Source of the DNA: an uncultured Actinomycetes bacterium
GTDB lineage: Bacteria > Actinomycetota > UBA4738 > HRBIN12
NCBI GenBank assembly: GCA_963704885.1
Contig: CAVPIB010000001.1
Span: 864,001 to 928,000, forward strand
Length of the DNA: 64,000 nt
Reading direction: 5' to 3'
Under the pieces are notes generated by a model that was not told where the DNA came from, did no database searches, and saw nothing but the letters and a program-made list of their open reading frames with translations. Of this stretch, positions 1-11,344 are shown piece after piece. Each line of letters starts with the position of its first letter. The stretch's first letter is position 1. Made by a program: the position numbers and the translations under genes.

Positions 1-535
1 GACGACGGCGCCGGCCGCGCGTGCCGGTCAGACCGTGAGCATCGCCAACTTCTCGTTCTCGCCCGCCTCCCTGACGGCCGGCCTGGGCGACTCGATCACG
101 TTCAACAACACGGCGGCGATCGTCCACACCTCCACGTCGGACGACGGGTTCTGGAACACGGGAACGATCGCTGGCGGGTCGTCGGAAGCGGTCGCGTTCT
201 CGGCCTCGGGGAGATTCACGTATCACTGCGCGATCCACCCTTCGATGAAGGCCGTCATAGTCGTCCCGATCACGGTAGGTCCCGACGGACCGGTTGCCGC
301 CGGCACCAAGCTCACCATCACTTTCGCGTCGGATCAGACGAACGGCAGGACATACGACATCCAGCGGCGCCGCGGGCACAAGGCCTGGGTCACGCTCGCC
401 TCCGGGACGAGCTCCCTGTCCGTGACATACACACCGCGCAAGGCGGGCAAGTTCCGATTCCGCGCTGCGGCGATCATGGATGGCGAGAGGAGTGGTTGGT
501 CGCCGAAAGTCCTGGTGAGGGTGACCGCCGCGTAG
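1..535 (+). CDS. Secreted cupredoxin (plastocyanin/azurin-like) with C-terminal beta-sandwich domain, 5' truncated
   Basis: Frame open from window start; type-1 Cu ligands VHT...YHCAIHPSM. Confidence 0.75.
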   Translation, partial: TTAPAARAGQTVSIANFSFSPASLTAGLGDSITFNNTAAIVHTSTSDDGFWNTGTIAGGSSEAVAFSASGRFTYHCAIHPSMKAVIVVPITVGPDGPVAAGTKLTITFASDQTNGRTYDIQRRRGHKAWVTLASGTSSLSVTYTPRKAGKFRFRAAAIMDGERSGWSPKVLVRVTAA

Positions 536-541
536 CGGAGT

Positions 542-1306
542 TCAGAAGCGGTCGAAAAGGATGGAGCGCTTGACCTCTTGGATCGCCTTCGTCACCTGGA
601 TGCCGCGTGGGCAGGCATCCGTGCAGTTGAAGGTGGTGCGACAGCGGAACACGCCGGTCTTCTCCGAGAGGATCTTCAAGCGTTCGCGGCCGCCCTCGTC
701 CCGCGAGTCGAAGATGAACCTGTGTGCGTTCACGATCGCGGCCGGACCCACGTACTCCTCGTCGCTCCAGAAGATCGGGCACGACGTGGTGCACGCCGCG
801 CACAGGATGCATTTCGTGGTGTCGTCGAAACGGGCGCGCTCCTCAGGCGATTGCCGACGCTCCGTGTCTGGCTCGCCGCTGTCGTTCACCAGGAAGGGCA
901 GCACGCTCTTATAGCCTTCGAAGAACGGGTCCATGTCCACGATCAGGTCCTTGAGGACCGCCAGCCCGCGGATCGGTTCCACCGTGGCCTTCGGCGCCAC
1001 GTCCTGCACCAAGACCTGGCAGGCCAACGCGTTGCGGCCGTTTATCAACATGGCGTCTGAGCCGCAGACGCCGTGCGCGCAGGAGCGGCGCAGGGCCAGC
1101 GTGCCGTCCTGTCGCCACTTCACCTCGTGAAGTGCGTCCAGCAGACGGTCGGTGGGCTCCATCCTCACCTGGAACTCCTCCCACCATGGGTCGGGGGAGA
1201 CCTCGGGGTTGTACCGGCGGATCTTGAGGGTGAGCGACATCTTGCTGTCGGGCCGTCCGACGCGGCGGTCATCGGACCCCTGCAGCACCTCTGCCGCGGT
1301 CGCCAT
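542..1306 (-). CDS. sdhB: Succinate dehydrogenase iron-sulfur subunit
   Basis: SCAHGVCGSD, CILCAACTTSCP and CRTTFNCTDACP Fe-S motifs. Confidence 0.97.
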   Translation of the reverse strand: MATAAEVLQGSDDRRVGRPDSKMSLTLKIRRYNPEVSPDPWWEEFQVRMEPTDRLLDALHEVKWRQDGTLALRRSCAHGVCGSDAMLINGRNALACQVLVQDVAPKATVEPIRGLAVLKDLIVDMDPFFEGYKSVLPFLVNDSGEPDTERRQSPEERARFDDTTKCILCAACTTSCPIFWSDEEYVGPAAIVNAHRFIFDSRDEGGRERLKILSEKTGVFRCRTTFNCTDACPRGIQVTKAIQEVKRSILFDRF

Positions 1307-3045
1307 CAGTACTTCCGCTCCATGGGTATGTAGGGTCCCATCTTCACCGGCTTGTACTCCAGTTCGATCGAACGGTCGCCCTGCTTGTACGCGAGCGAGT
1401 GCTTCAGCCAGTTGGCGTCATCGCGCAGCGGGTGATCATCTCGGAAATGCGCGCCGCGACTCTCGGTCCGGGCCCGAGCCGCCGAGACCAGGGTCTCGGC
1501 GCAATCCAGCAAGAATCCGAGCTCGACGGCTTCCATCAGGTCGGTGTTGAACACGCTCCCCTTGTCCTGCACGCCCACCTGCGCGTACCTGTCGTGAAGG
1601 CCCGCGAGGATCTCCTCCATCTGACTCAACCCTTCCTCGTTCCGAACGACGCACGCAAGGTCGAACATCGCGTCCTGCAGCTCCGTGCGGATGTCGGCGG
1701 GATTGGCCGCGCGCTGGCGCGTCAGCAGGCCGTTCAGCATGTCCAGGGTTGGCTTGGCGGGCGCGTCCGGGAGCGGCACGAGGTCGGATCCTTCCGCGAA
1801 CTCCGCCATGCGGGCGCCCCCCCTGCGCCCGAAGACCACGATGTCCAGGAGCGAGTTCGTTCCCAGGCGGTTGGCGCCGTGAACGCTTACGCAGGCGCAT
1901 TCACCGGCGGCGAACAGGCCGGGGACGATGGTCTCGTCGGAACCCGTCACGACCTGCGCGTCGATGTCCGTCGGGATGCCGCCCATCGCATAGTGCGCGG
2001 TCGGCTGGATGGGGACGAGCTCCTTGGTCGGCTCCACACGCAGGTACACGCGCGCGAACTCCGTGATGTCGGGGAGCTTCTCCGCGATGACCTTGGGGTC
2101 CAGATGCCGCAGGTCCAGGTAGACCATGTCGCCGTTGGGGCCGGCGCCCCGGCCCTCCTTGATCTCCTGGTAGATCGAACGCGACACCACGTCGCGTGGC
2201 GCCAGGTCCTTGATGGTCGGCGCGTACCGCTCCATGAATCGCTCGCCGTCCTTGTTCAACAAGATGCCGCCCTCGCCGCGCGCTGCCTCGCTGAGCAGGA
2301 TCCCCAGCTTGAACAGACCCGTGGGGTGGAACTGGAAGAACTCCATGTCCTGCAGCGGGATGCCTCGTCGGTAGGCGACCGATGGACCATCACCCGTCAG
2401 GGCGTGGGCGTTGGATGTGACGCGGAACATCCGGCCGAAGCCACCGGTGGCGAACATGACCGACTTGGCCCGGAACACGTGGAGCTCGCCGGTGGCCAGC
2501 TCGTACGCCACGACTCCGGCCGTCCGACCGGCGTCATCGCGGAGCAGGTCGAGGCAGTAGAACTCGTTGAAGAAGCGGACGTCGCGTTTGACGCACTGCT
2601 GGTAGAGCGTCTGCAGGATCATGTGGCCGGTCCGGTCGGCCGCGTAGCACGCCCGCATGACGGGCCCCTCCCCGTGGTTACGGGTGTGTCCCCCGAAGCG
2701 TCGCTGCGCGATCTTCCCGTCGGGCGTCCGGTTGAAAGGAAGCCCCCAGTGCTCCAGCTGATAGATGGCATCGACGGCCTCGTCCGCCAACAACTCCGCG
2801 GCGGGCTGGTCGACCAGATAGTCGCCGCCCTTCACGGTGTCGAAAGCGTGCCACTCCGGGTAGTCCTCCTCCATGTTCCCCAGGGCGGCGCAGACCCCGC
2901 CTTGGGCTGCGCCGGTGTGCGATCGGGTGGGGTAGAGCTTGGAGATCACGGCGGTGCGAACCTGATCCGAGGTCTCGATCGCGGCGCGAAGTCCGGCGCC
3001 GCCGGCTCCAACGATCACGGCGTCGTAGGTGTGCGTCGTCGTCAT
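1306..3045 (-). CDS. sdhA: Succinate dehydrogenase flavoprotein subunit
   Basis: GAGGAG FAD motif, [21 protein letters not shown]; start taken at MTTTHTYD. Confidence 0.97.
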   Translation of the reverse strand: MTTTHTYDAVIVGAGGAGLRAAIETSDQVRTAVISKLYPTRSHTGAAQGGVCAALGNMEEDYPEWHAFDTVKGGDYLVDQPAAELLADEAVDAIYQLEHWGLPFNRTPDGKIAQRRFGGHTRNHGEGPVMRACYAADRTGHMILQTLYQQCVKRDVRFFNEFYCLDLLRDDAGRTAGVVAYELATGELHVFRAKSVMFATGGFGRMFRVTSNAHALTGDGPSVAYRRGIPLQDMEFFQFHPTGLFKLGILLSEAARGEGGILLNKDGERFMERYAPTIKDLAPRDVVSRSIYQEIKEGRGAGPNGDMVYLDLRHLDPKVIAEKLPDITEFARVYLRVEPTKELVPIQPTAHYAMGGIPTDIDAQVVTGSDETIVPGLFAAGECACVSVHGANRLGTNSLLDIVVFGRRGGARMAEFAEGSDLVPLPDAPAKPTLDMLNGLLTRQRAANPADIRTELQDAMFDLACVVRNEEGLSQMEEILAGLHDRYAQVGVQDKGSVFNTDLMEAVELGFLLDCAETLVSAARARTESRGAHFRDDHPLRDDANWLKHSLAYKQGDRSIELEYKPVKMGPYIPMERKY

Positions 3046-3049
3046 CGGC

Positions 3050-3502
3050 TCACGTCGCTCCCGGCCACTTCGACGCATCGAACGTGAAGACGATCACCGA
3101 GCCCAGGACGAAGAGCGTGAACCCCAACACGTAGAAGACCATGTTGATCGTGAGGCGGACGCCTGGGTTGCGCACGTAGTCGAGGGTGATCACCCGCAGG
3201 CCGTTGATGCCGTGGATCAGCGCGAGCACCAGGAGCATCCAGTCCCACGTACGCCAGAACGGGCTGCCCCAGCGGGTCGCGACGAACCCGAAGTCGACGC
3301 GACCAACGCCTTCCTTCGTCACGTGCATGATCAGGACGTGCCCCACGGCGAGCACCAACAGGACGAGCCCCGAGATCCGCATGAACAACCAGGTCCACAG
3401 CTCGAAGCCACCGACCGGGCGGTCCCTGCCGGCGCGGAAGTCGCGCTGCGGAGAGTGCTCCGGGGTGGGGGAGGGCGGGTGGGATCCGGTCGTGGTCGCC
3501 AT
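3050..3502 (-). CDS. sdhD: Succinate dehydrogenase membrane anchor
   Basis: MRISG, three TM helices, HGINGLR..DY, operon position. Confidence 0.9.
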   Translation of the reverse strand: MATTTGSHPPSPTPEHSPQRDFRAGRDRPVGGFELWTWLFMRISGLVLLVLAVGHVLIMHVTKEGVGRVDFGFVATRWGSPFWRTWDWMLLVLALIHGINGLRVITLDYVRNPGVRLTINMVFYVLGFTLFVLGSVIVFTFDASKWPGAT

Positions 3503-3907
3503 CTACTTGGTGACCAGGTCGAAGATCTGTTTGCCCATGATGATCGTCACCGGGATCATGCTTGCCAAGAAGATCACGAACGTCGCGAATCCGATCTCGC
3601 GGATGTTCTTAGCGAGGCTCGGGAAGAAGTCGATCAGCATGATCTTGGTCCCGTTGATCGCGTGATACAGGACGGCGGCGACCAGTCCGTATTCGAGCAC
3701 CCGGATGATCGGATTCTCGTAGACGGCGACCACGCGCTCGTAGGCGTGCGGACCCCAGCCGATCACAGCCGTGTCGACCACGTGAGCGAACAGGAACAGG
3801 ATGATCGCGACACCCGTTATGCGATGCATGAGCCAGGAGTACTGGCCCTCATGGCCCCTGTAGATGGGGCCGTAGTCGCTCTTCTTCTTGCTCGCTCGGG
3901 TCGCCAC
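3503..3907 (-). CDS. sdhC: Succinate dehydrogenase cytochrome b556 subunit
   Basis: HRITG, HAING motifs; first gene of the operon. Confidence 0.92.
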   Translation of the reverse strand: MATRASKKKSDYGPIYRGHEGQYSWLMHRITGVAIILFLFAHVVDTAVIGWGPHAYERVVAVYENPIIRVLEYGLVAAVLYHAINGTKIMLIDFFPSLAKNIREIGFATFVIFLASMIPVTIIMGKQIFDLVTK

Positions 3908-3979
3908 TGGTGATCGCTCCCAGCCTATATCGCGGCCTCGCCAACGAGCCCGCCGAACCGGCCAACGGCCGCGCGGAGT

Positions 3980-4864
3980 CTACCCAGTTCCGTCAGAGGT
4001 CGGGGGAGTGGCTACCGGGTCGCGTCGCGGGCGCGGACCGCAATCGAGGATCGCGAACGGACTCGGCGGGATGGAGGGGTCGGCCAGGGCATGCTCCAGG
4101 GAGAGGCTCGAACCAGATGCCGAGATGCGCTCCTGGCGGCGACGGATCTCCCGCTGGATCGGAGCGATGATCGGGACGATGATCGCGCTAACGACCAGTC
4201 CCAACCATCCTGCCCAGGAGCCTTTCGCCAACGTGGTCGCCATCAGGGTCGGCAACAGTAGAAGGAGGTTGCCGTACAGGTTCAACCTGTTGAAGGACCG
4301 GCGGAGGGCGGGTTCGGAGGACGTATCCAAGTCGTGCCCCCGCACCCACAGCGACCCGACGATGGCAACGAGATACGCGCCGGCGACGGCTCCTACCGCC
4401 CAAGCGCTTGGCCGGCCGTCTCCTGCAGGTAGTGCAAACGAGTAGAACCAAAGGGCGAGGATCACGTCGACGACGAAGAGACGACGGATGGGTTCCAAGC
4501 CGAGGGTCCTGCGGTAAACGAGTCGCCCTCGCGGCATCCTCATCTCTCTACGCCGTCTGCGGAGTCGGATCAGACGACGCAACGCGTTCACATCATCGAG
4601 GAAGAGGAACAAGAAGCAGGCCAGGAGGATCGAGCCCCAGATCGACAACCTCCATCCGGTATCGAGGCCGTCGAGGGATCCGGAAGCAAGGATGAGCAGC
4701 GCGAGGCCGAACCTCGTCAATACGAAGTTGACCCGCACCAATCCCTCCGCCGAGAAACGCAATCCGCGGATGCTGAGGTTGAAGCCGATCCATGCGACGA
4801 GTAGTCCCGCCGTCAAGACGGACTCCAACTGGCCGATCGACGTCGGTGATTCGGTCACGACCAT
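3980..4864 (-). CDS. Hypothetical multi-pass membrane protein
   Basis: About 7 hydrophobic segments; no family recognised. Confidence 0.5.
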   Translation of the reverse strand: MVVTESPTSIGQLESVLTAGLLVAWIGFNLSIRGLRFSAEGLVRVNFVLTRFGLALLILASGSLDGLDTGWRLSIWGSILLACFLFLFLDDVNALRRLIRLRRRRREMRMPRGRLVYRRTLGLEPIRRLFVVDVILALWFYSFALPAGDGRPSAWAVGAVAGAYLVAIVGSLWVRGHDLDTSSEPALRRSFNRLNLYGNLLLLLPTLMATTLAKGSWAGWLGLVVSAIIVPIIAPIQREIRRRQERISASGSSLSLEHALADPSIPPSPFAILDCGPRPRRDPVATPPTSDGTG

Positions 4865-4871
4865 GCACCAT

Positions 4872-5504
4872 CTAGCCGACGCGGATCGCGACGACGACGC
4901 CGTCCCGAGTGGGAACGATGGTCGAGAGGTAGCGCTCGTCGTCGGCGATCAGCTGATTGTGCTCCAGGATGGCTCGCGTTCGCTCGTCGGGATCGTCATC
5001 CAGCACGCGTCCCGACCACAAGACGTTGTCGCACACATAGAGGCCGCCGACCCTGATGCGATCGCTCGCAGCTCGCCACGCGTCGGGGTAGCCCTCCTTG
5101 TCGATGTCGTCGTAGACCACGTCGAACTCACCATCCAGCGTGTTCAGCGACGCCACCGCATCGCCCACGTGGAACGTGACCCGCTCCCAGAGGCCGGCCC
5201 GCCCGAGGTAATCGCGCGCCTTGCGTTCGTTCTGGGGATCGCCGTCGGTCAGGTGGAGCTCACCGGCTGATCCGACAGCTCGCGCGTGCCAATACCCCGA
5301 ATATCCGAAGCCAGAACCCAGCTCGACGATCCGTCGGGCTCCGACGGACCTGGCCAAGACCTCTAGCGTCACGCCGACGTTGCGACCGACGATAGGGAAC
5401 CCCAGCTCGGCCCCATGAGCCTCCATCTCCAACAGAACGGCTCCGTCGAGCCGATCCAGTCGCGAGCGCATGTAGTCGTCGATGCGCGGATCCACGATGT
5501 CCAC
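4872..5504 (-). CDS. Class I SAM-dependent O-methyltransferase
   Basis: [25 protein letters not shown] motifs. Confidence 0.88.
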   Translation of the reverse strand: MDIVDPRIDDYMRSRLDRLDGAVLLEMEAHGAELGFPIVGRNVGVTLEVLARSVGARRIVELGSGFGYSGYWHARAVGSAGELHLTDGDPQNERKARDYLGRAGLWERVTFHVGDAVASLNTLDGEFDVVYDDIDKEGYPDAWRAASDRIRVGGLYVCDNVLWSGRVLDDDPDERTRAILEHNQLIADDERYLSTIVPTRDGVVVAIRVG

Positions 5505-5573
5505 GGGCGAACACTATCGCGCCCCGGGTTGCCGTTCGAAGGCCGAGAGGGTCGAGGGGTAGGCTCTCGGAAC

Positions 5574-7151
5574 ATGGAAGAACGACGGACCGACTCCGGG
5601 ATCGAGCTCCAGCCGATCTACACGGCCGACGACCTGGTCGGGTTCGATGCCGCGAAGCAGCTCGGCGAGCCCGGCGAGGCTCCGTTCACGCGGGGCATCT
5701 ACCCCGACATGTACCGCGGGCGCCTGTGGACCATGCGGCAGTACGCCGGGATGGGGAGCGCCGCGGACACCAACGCCAGGTTCCGATATCTCCTGGATCA
5801 CGGGCAGACGGGCCTCTCGGTTGCGTTCGACCTGCCCACGCAGATGGGGCTGGATTCGGATCATCCACTCGCGGAGGGCGAGGTTGGCAAGACCGGTGTG
5901 GCGATCGACTCGATCGACGACATGCGGCGCTTGTTCGATCAGATCCCATTGGATCGCGTGACCACGTCCATGACGATCAACTCGACCGCGGCCATCTTGC
6001 TCCTGCTCTACGAGCTGGTCGCCGAAGAGCAGGGCGTGGACGCGTCGAAGATCGGCGGCACGGTCCAGAACGACCTGCTGAAGGAGTACGCGGCCCGCGG
6101 CACGTACATCTACCCGCCCAAGCCGTCGATGCGGATCATCACCGATCTGTTCGCGTACTGCGGCGAGCGCATCCCTCGCTGGCACACGATCTCGATCAGC
6201 GGCTACCACATGCGCGAGGCGGGCGCGACCGCGGCGCAAGAGATCGCGTTCACGCTGGCGAACGGCATCGCGTACGTGCAGGCGGCGATCGACGCAGGTC
6301 TCGCGATCGACGACTTCGCGCCCAGGCTCTCGTTCTTCTTCGCGTGCCACATGCACTTCTTCGAGGAGATCGCGAAGTTCCGCGCGGCCCGACGGATGTG
6401 GTTCCGGATCATGACGGAGCGGTTCGGCGCACAGGATCCGAAGAGCGCCATGCTCCGGTTCCACACGCAGACCGGCGGCGCGACGCTCACCGCGCAGCAA
6501 CCGGAGAACAACATCGTTCGCACCGCGCTCGAGGCCATGGCAGCCGTCCTGGGTGGCACGCAGTCCCTCCACACGAACTCGTTCGACGAGGCGCTAGCGC
6601 TGCCCACCGAGCGCGCGGTGAAGATCGCGCTGCGGACCCAACAGGTGATCGGCTACGAGACCGGCGTAGCCAACGTGGCCGACCCGCTCGGCGGTTCGTA
6701 CTACGTGGAGTCGTTGACCGACGAGCTCGAACGGCTGGCGCTGGAGTACCTGGAGCGGATCGAGGCCATGGGCGGCGCGGTCGCGGCCATAGAGCGCGGT
6801 TTCTACCAGGAGGAGATCCACGATGCCGCCTTCCGGATCCAGCGGGGGATCGAGTCGGGCGAACGCGTCGTCGTTGGCGTGAACCGATTCGTCGACGAGG
6901 AGGAGAAGCCGGTCGATCTCCAGCGGATCTCACCCGACGAGGTGAGGATGCAGGTCGAGCGGCTCAAGGAACTCCGAGAGACCCGCGACGCGACCGCGGT
7001 CGGATCCGCGCTCGCGGCGGTAGGGGAGGCGGCTCGCGGGACCGACAACCTGTTGCCGCCTATGAGGGTCGCGCTCAAGGCTCGCGCCACGCTGGGCGAG
7101 GTCTCCGACGTACTGCGCGACGTTTACGGCGAGTATCGCCCCTCGTTCTAA
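5574..7151 (+). CDS. Methylmalonyl-CoA mutase, substrate-binding (large) subunit without B12 domain
   Basis: [13 protein letters not shown] (Tyr specificity residue), [17 protein letters not shown]; no C-terminal DxHxxG domain. Confidence 0.9.
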   Translation: MEERRTDSGIELQPIYTADDLVGFDAAKQLGEPGEAPFTRGIYPDMYRGRLWTMRQYAGMGSAADTNARFRYLLDHGQTGLSVAFDLPTQMGLDSDHPLAEGEVGKTGVAIDSIDDMRRLFDQIPLDRVTTSMTINSTAAILLLLYELVAEEQGVDASKIGGTVQNDLLKEYAARGTYIYPPKPSMRIITDLFAYCGERIPRWHTISISGYHMREAGATAAQEIAFTLANGIAYVQAAIDAGLAIDDFAPRLSFFFACHMHFFEEIAKFRAARRMWFRIMTERFGAQDPKSAMLRFHTQTGGATLTAQQPENNIVRTALEAMAAVLGGTQSLHTNSFDEALALPTERAVKIALRTQQVIGYETGVANVADPLGGSYYVESLTDELERLALEYLERIEAMGGAVAAIERGFYQEEIHDAAFRIQRGIESGERVVVGVNRFVDEEEKPVDLQRISPDEVRMQVERLKELRETRDATAVGSALAAVGEAARGTDNLLPPMRVALKARATLGEVSDVLRDVYGEYRPSF

Positions 7152-7297
7152 GCGAGCGCGAAGACCGCATGCACGACGGCCGCCAGGCCGGCCACGGCCA
7201 CCACGGCGCCGACGAGACGAAGACCGGGTTTTCCCCACAAGCCTCCGGCCGCCAGCAGGCACGCGACTCCGACCGCCGCCTCGATCACTGCCGTCAC
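7148..7297 (-). CDS. Small 49-aa two-TM membrane protein (not in ORF track)
   Basis: Hand translation [49 protein letters not shown]; fills the gap between convergent genes. Confidence 0.55.
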   Translation of the reverse strand: MTAVIEAAVGVACLLAAGGLWGKPGLRLVGAVVAVAGLAAVVHAVFALA

Positions 7298-7302
7298 GGA
7301 TG

Positions 7303-8179
7303 TCAGCGAGCCCCCGATCCGATCAGATCAGCAGCTCGCTCGAGGTCGTTGCCCAGGTAGACGCCCAGCAGTCGTCTCGCGAGACCGTGACGTCGCGAAG
7401 GCGTTCCCCCCGTAGAAGACATCGACGCCCGGGATAGCAGCCACGGCGCGAAGCGACTCCATCGTCGCCCGCCGGCCGACGCTGCGCTGCGCGCTCACGA
7501 CCGCGCCGGCCGCTCGTGAAGCGCGGACCGCTGTGACCAGGGAATCCGCCGGCGTCACGGCTCCAAGAACTCGACAGGACCAGCCCCGTCGCGCCAGCAC
7601 CACCGCGAACGCTTCCAACCCGATCGTATGAAGCTCGGTCGGACCGCACGCGAGTACGAGCGGGTTGCGCCGGTACGGTGGGGGGGCGAGAGCGCCGATC
7701 CGAGCTAGCCACTGCCGAACGATCTGCGTCGCGAGATGCTCGTTCGCCACGTCGCAGGCCCCCGCCTGCCAGAGGTCTCCCATCTCCCTCATCCCCGGCA
7801 GCGCCACCTCGCTGATCGCTCGCCCCACCCCGAGGAGCTCCGTCGCTTGGTCGAGAGAGCGCCGTATGACATCGGCATCGAGAACTGCGGCTCCTTCGGC
7901 GAATCGATCGATGAACTCGTTCCTCCCCAGGGGCACTCCCACACCCAAGCGGACGGTCGCGACGGCCTCCCGGGCTCGGTTGCCTCGGGTGATCTCGTCG
8001 CGCACCGCTCGGAGGCTCTCGACCTCCTCGAGCGAGTACCGACGGTGCTTACCGTCCGTGCGAGCCGGCGACGGGAAGGAGTAGCGGCGCTCCCACGATC
8101 GGATCGTCGGCACCGGGATGCCGAGGAGCTCTGATACCTGCGCGATGGTCATGCGAACCTGATCCGTGTCGTGGTTCAT
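7303..8179 (-). CDS. MerR-family B12-binding photoreceptor/repressor (CarH/LitR-like); apparent frameshift near 7380
   Basis: MerR HTH (RSWERRY), Wx9EH (WQAGACDVANEH), ExHxxG (ELHTIG); alternate frame gives tail RLLGVYLGNDLERAADLIGSGAR*. Confidence 0.85.
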
Positions 8180-8180
8180 C

Positions 8181-8317
8181 TGGATAGGTTACCTATGTGT
8201 GTGGTCACTTGGGTGCTACTACTGCATGGGTTCGTACTCTGTAGTGGTTCATCACTCCAGCTAGAGGCCCTATCTTTCGCTCTTGTGAAATGCATGGGTT
8301 CTATCATAAACCATGCA
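8181..8317. promoter_or_regulatory. Candidate operator cluster in divergent promoter
   Basis: TGCATGGGTTC at 8223-8233 and 8291-8301; inverted copy at 8307-8317 (TGCATGG-N13-CCATGCA); degenerate copy at 8181. Confidence 0.6.
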
Positions 8318-8381
8318 GTTGAGTAGTGGATACTTGAGGTGATCATCGAACTACAGCGCCGGCGACTGACAAGGAGAAGCG

Positions 8382-9515
8382 GTGAGACTCGCGTTAGCGG
8401 AGATCCGGAGGGCCAAGCTGCGATTCGGGCTCCTGACGGGCGCCGTGGCCCTGCTGGTCTTCCTCATCTTCTTCCAGCAGTCGCTTGCGGGCTCGCTGCT
8501 CGGGCAGTTCACGGGTGGGCTCGAGCATCAGTCGGCCACGGTGCTCGTCTACAGCGCGGACGCACGACGGAGCGTCGACGGCAGCCGGTTGCTGCCGCAG
8601 CAGGTGGAAGCCATCTCGGAGGTCGAGGGGGTCGCCGTAGCGGGGCCCATCGGTGAGGGCTCGTTCACCATCGAACTCGAGAACGGCGTCCTGAGTGACA
8701 CCACGGTGTTCGGCTACGACCTGGATGGCCCGGGGTTCCCCACGACGCTGTCGGCCGGACGTCTGCCTCAGACCGATGGAGAGGCGGTCGCGAGCGCCTC
8801 GGACGCCAGTGAGGGTTACGCGATCGGCCAACGCCTTACGGTGGTGCCGGGCGACGCTCTAGTGATGATCGTCGGTCTGGCGAAGGACATGCAGTTCAAC
8901 GTGCAGCCGACCCTGTTCGTCTCCTACCCGACTTACGAGACCTTTGTACGCGCGACCAACCCCGACGCGACCGGCATCCTGCCGAACTTGGTGGGCGTCG
9001 AGCCGGCGTCGGGCGTCGACCCGGCAAGCCTAGCCGCCTCTATCACGCGACAGGTCGAGGGCGTCGAGGCTCTCGATCGCGCGGTCGCCGTAGCGTCGCT
9101 CCCCGGCGTCTCGTCGATCCAACAGTCCTTCGCCATCATCCTCGGCCTTGCCTTCGTGGTGGTGATCTTGCTGACGGGGTTCTTCTTCCTGATCATCACG
9201 GTGCAGAAGATGGCTTCGCTGACGCTCCTCCGTGCGGTCGGGGCGACCGGCGGCTTCCTGATGGGCAACCTCGTGATCCAGGTGCTTCTGGTGATCGCCG
9301 CCGCACTCGTGATCGCCATCCCGTTGACGGTGTTCGCCTTATCGGCCGCGTCGAGTGACGAGTTCGCCGCACAGACCGAGCCGTCGGTCCTGTCGGTCAC
9401 GTCCGTACTTATCGTTGTCCTGGGCGTGTCCGCGTCGGTTGGCGCGATGCGCCGCGTCGCGAAGATCGATCCAGCGGCCGCCACCGCACGCATGGCTGGT
9501 GGGGGGCTCGCATGA
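8382..9515 (+). CDS. ABC transporter permease (FtsX/MacB-like)
   Basis: N-terminal TM, extracytoplasmic domain, three C-terminal TMs with LRAVGA. Confidence 0.88.
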   Translation: MRLALAEIRRAKLRFGLLTGAVALLVFLIFFQQSLAGSLLGQFTGGLEHQSATVLVYSADARRSVDGSRLLPQQVEAISEVEGVAVAGPIGEGSFTIELENGVLSDTTVFGYDLDGPGFPTTLSAGRLPQTDGEAVASASDASEGYAIGQRLTVVPGDALVMIVGLAKDMQFNVQPTLFVSYPTYETFVRATNPDATGILPNLVGVEPASGVDPASLAASITRQVEGVEALDRAVAVASLPGVSSIQQSFAIILGLAFVVVILLTGFFFLIITVQKMASLTLLRAVGATGGFLMGNLVIQVLLVIAAALVIAIPLTVFALSAASSDEFAAQTEPSVLSVTSVLIVVLGVSASVGAMRRVAKIDPAAATARMAGGGLA

Positions 9516-10613
9516 AGCTCGCGTGGAGGGAGTTGGTGCGAAGGCCGAGCCGGTTCTTGACGGCCGGGGCGGCGCTCACCCTGATCGTACTGCTTGCTCC
9601 TGGTGCTCGGCGGGATCCTCGACGCCCTCGTGCAGTCCTCGACCGGACTGCTGAAGGCGCAGTCCGCGCCGCTCATCGTGTACAGCGCCGACAGCAAGGG
9701 CTCTATCGACCGTTCGCGGATCGGTGGGGCGGACAAGGTGGCGATCGCTTCGGTGCCCGGTGTTCACGAGGCGACCGGGCTCGGCCTGGCCCTCGTCGCC
9801 GGTCACGTCCCGGGCCGAAGCACCCCAGCCGACGTGGCCGTCTTCGGTTACGAGGCACCCAATCTGAGGGTCACATCCCCACCCATGCCTGGTGAGGGCT
9901 ACGCGGACCGTTCGCTCCAAGACGACGGCGTCTCGATCGGACAGACGATCGATCTCGGGACGGCGCGGATCCCCGTCAAGGTTGTCGGCTGGGTCAGCGG
10001 CACCGACTACAACCTCCAGAGCGGCCTGTGGGTCGACGCCGCCACCTGGCGTCGCACCCTGAACGCGAACATCCCCGATGCGGCGGTCGCGCCCGGCACC
10101 TTCCAGGCGGTGCTGGTCACCCCAGATGAGGGAACGACACCGGAGCAACTCACTTCCGCGATCGAGGTGAGCGTGCCGGGGGTCACCCCGCTGACGATCC
10201 AGGAGGCGATCGCGGCCTTGCCGGGCGTGTCCGAACAGGACAGCGTCTTCAGCTCGATCATCGGGGTCACGTTCGCGGTGGCCGGGATCGTCACCGCGTT
10301 GTTCTTCGCGCTCCTCACGATCGAGCGCGTCGGCCTGCTCGGCATGATGAAGGCGATCGGTGCCTCCTCGCGGATCCTCATGGCCGGGCTCACGCTCCAA
10401 GCGATGTCGATCGCAGCCGGCGCCCTGATAGCGGGCAGCCTGATCGCGCTCGGCCTATCGAAGGTGATCCCCGATACCGTCCCGCTGACGTTGTCCGTGG
10501 GCCGCTTCGTGTTCACGGCCGTCGGGCTCGTCGTCACCGCGCTGATAGGCAGCGCGATCTCGTTCCGCAGGATCGTCCGGATCGACCCTGCCTCCGCCGT
10601 AGGCGGGGCTTGA
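9512..10613 (+). CDS. ABC transporter permease (FtsX/MacB-like); frameshift near 9593
   Basis: MKLAWREL start in one frame, body (MKAIGA) in another; paralogous to the upstream permease. Confidence 0.85.
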
Positions 10614-10628
10614 GGAGAGGATCACCTG

Positions 10629-11300
10629 ATGACAGCTCTCGATATGAAGCAAGTCCGCAAGATCTACAACTCCGGAGACGACGAGGTCGTGGCGCTGGAC
10701 CATGCCAGCTTCACGGTCGGCGACGGCGAGATGGTGGCCCTCGTGGGGCCTTCGGGTTCGGGCAAGACCACACTCCTCTCGATCGCCGGGGGTCTTCTGT
10801 CGCCGAGCGAGGGCATCGTTCAGGTGGGGCCGCATCGGATCACCGACTACGACCGGCGCGAGCTCACGAGGTTCCGCCGCGACTCCGTCGGCTTCGTGTT
10901 CCAGGGGGCGAACCTAGTGCCGTTCCTTACCGCGAGGGAGAACCTGCTCGTGGTGGCCGACGTGGCGGGTCGCCGCGGAAAGGAAGTGGAGCGCCGTGCC
11001 GAAACGCTCCTAGGGGAGCTCGGGCTCGGCCACCGGATGAAGAACACTCCACCCCAGCTCTCGGGCGGCGAGCGTCAGCGCGTGGCGATCGGGCGGGCGT
11101 TGATGAACGAGCCCGAGCTGGTGCTGTTCGACGAGCCGACGAGCGCCCTCGATACCGAGCTTGGCGAACAGGTGATGGAGCTGATCCGCAGCGAGGTGAA
11201 GGGTCGCGGCACGGCGGCGGTCGTGGTCACGCACGACACGCGGATGACCCCTTTCGCGGACAGGACGGTCGAGATCCTCGACGGCCGACTCGTCGCCTAG
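10629..11300 (+). CDS. ABC transporter ATP-binding protein (LolD/MacB-like)
   Basis: GPSGSGKT, LSGGE, DEPT, VTHD. Confidence 0.95.
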   Translation: MTALDMKQVRKIYNSGDDEVVALDHASFTVGDGEMVALVGPSGSGKTTLLSIAGGLLSPSEGIVQVGPHRITDYDRRELTRFRRDSVGFVFQGANLVPFLTARENLLVVADVAGRRGKEVERRAETLLGELGLGHRMKNTPPQLSGGERQRVAIGRALMNEPELVLFDEPTSALDTELGEQVMELIRSEVKGRGTAAVVVTHDTRMTPFADRTVEILDGRLVA

Positions 11301-11344
11301 ATCTTGGCTATGGCGACGCACGATCTCTCTGCCGGGGACCGACC

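Noticed and set aside
1399-3087. Long antisense ORFs (also 5514-6572, 23225-24472, 46813-48081, 53058-54629, 61727-63016)
   Set aside because: Shadow frames of high-GC genes with clear families on the opposite strand
5574-7151. Isobutyryl- or ethylmalonyl-CoA mutase
   Set aside because: RQYAG Tyr and the conserved Arg fit methylmalonyl-CoA specificity; no RTYAGH or fused B12 domain
8180-8381. Cobalamin riboswitch near B12-related genes
   Set aside because: No B12-box or GGGAA core found; the region is explained by operator-like repeats
9580-9600. Programmed ribosomal frameshift in the permease
   Set aside because: No slippery heptamer; one of many similar indels
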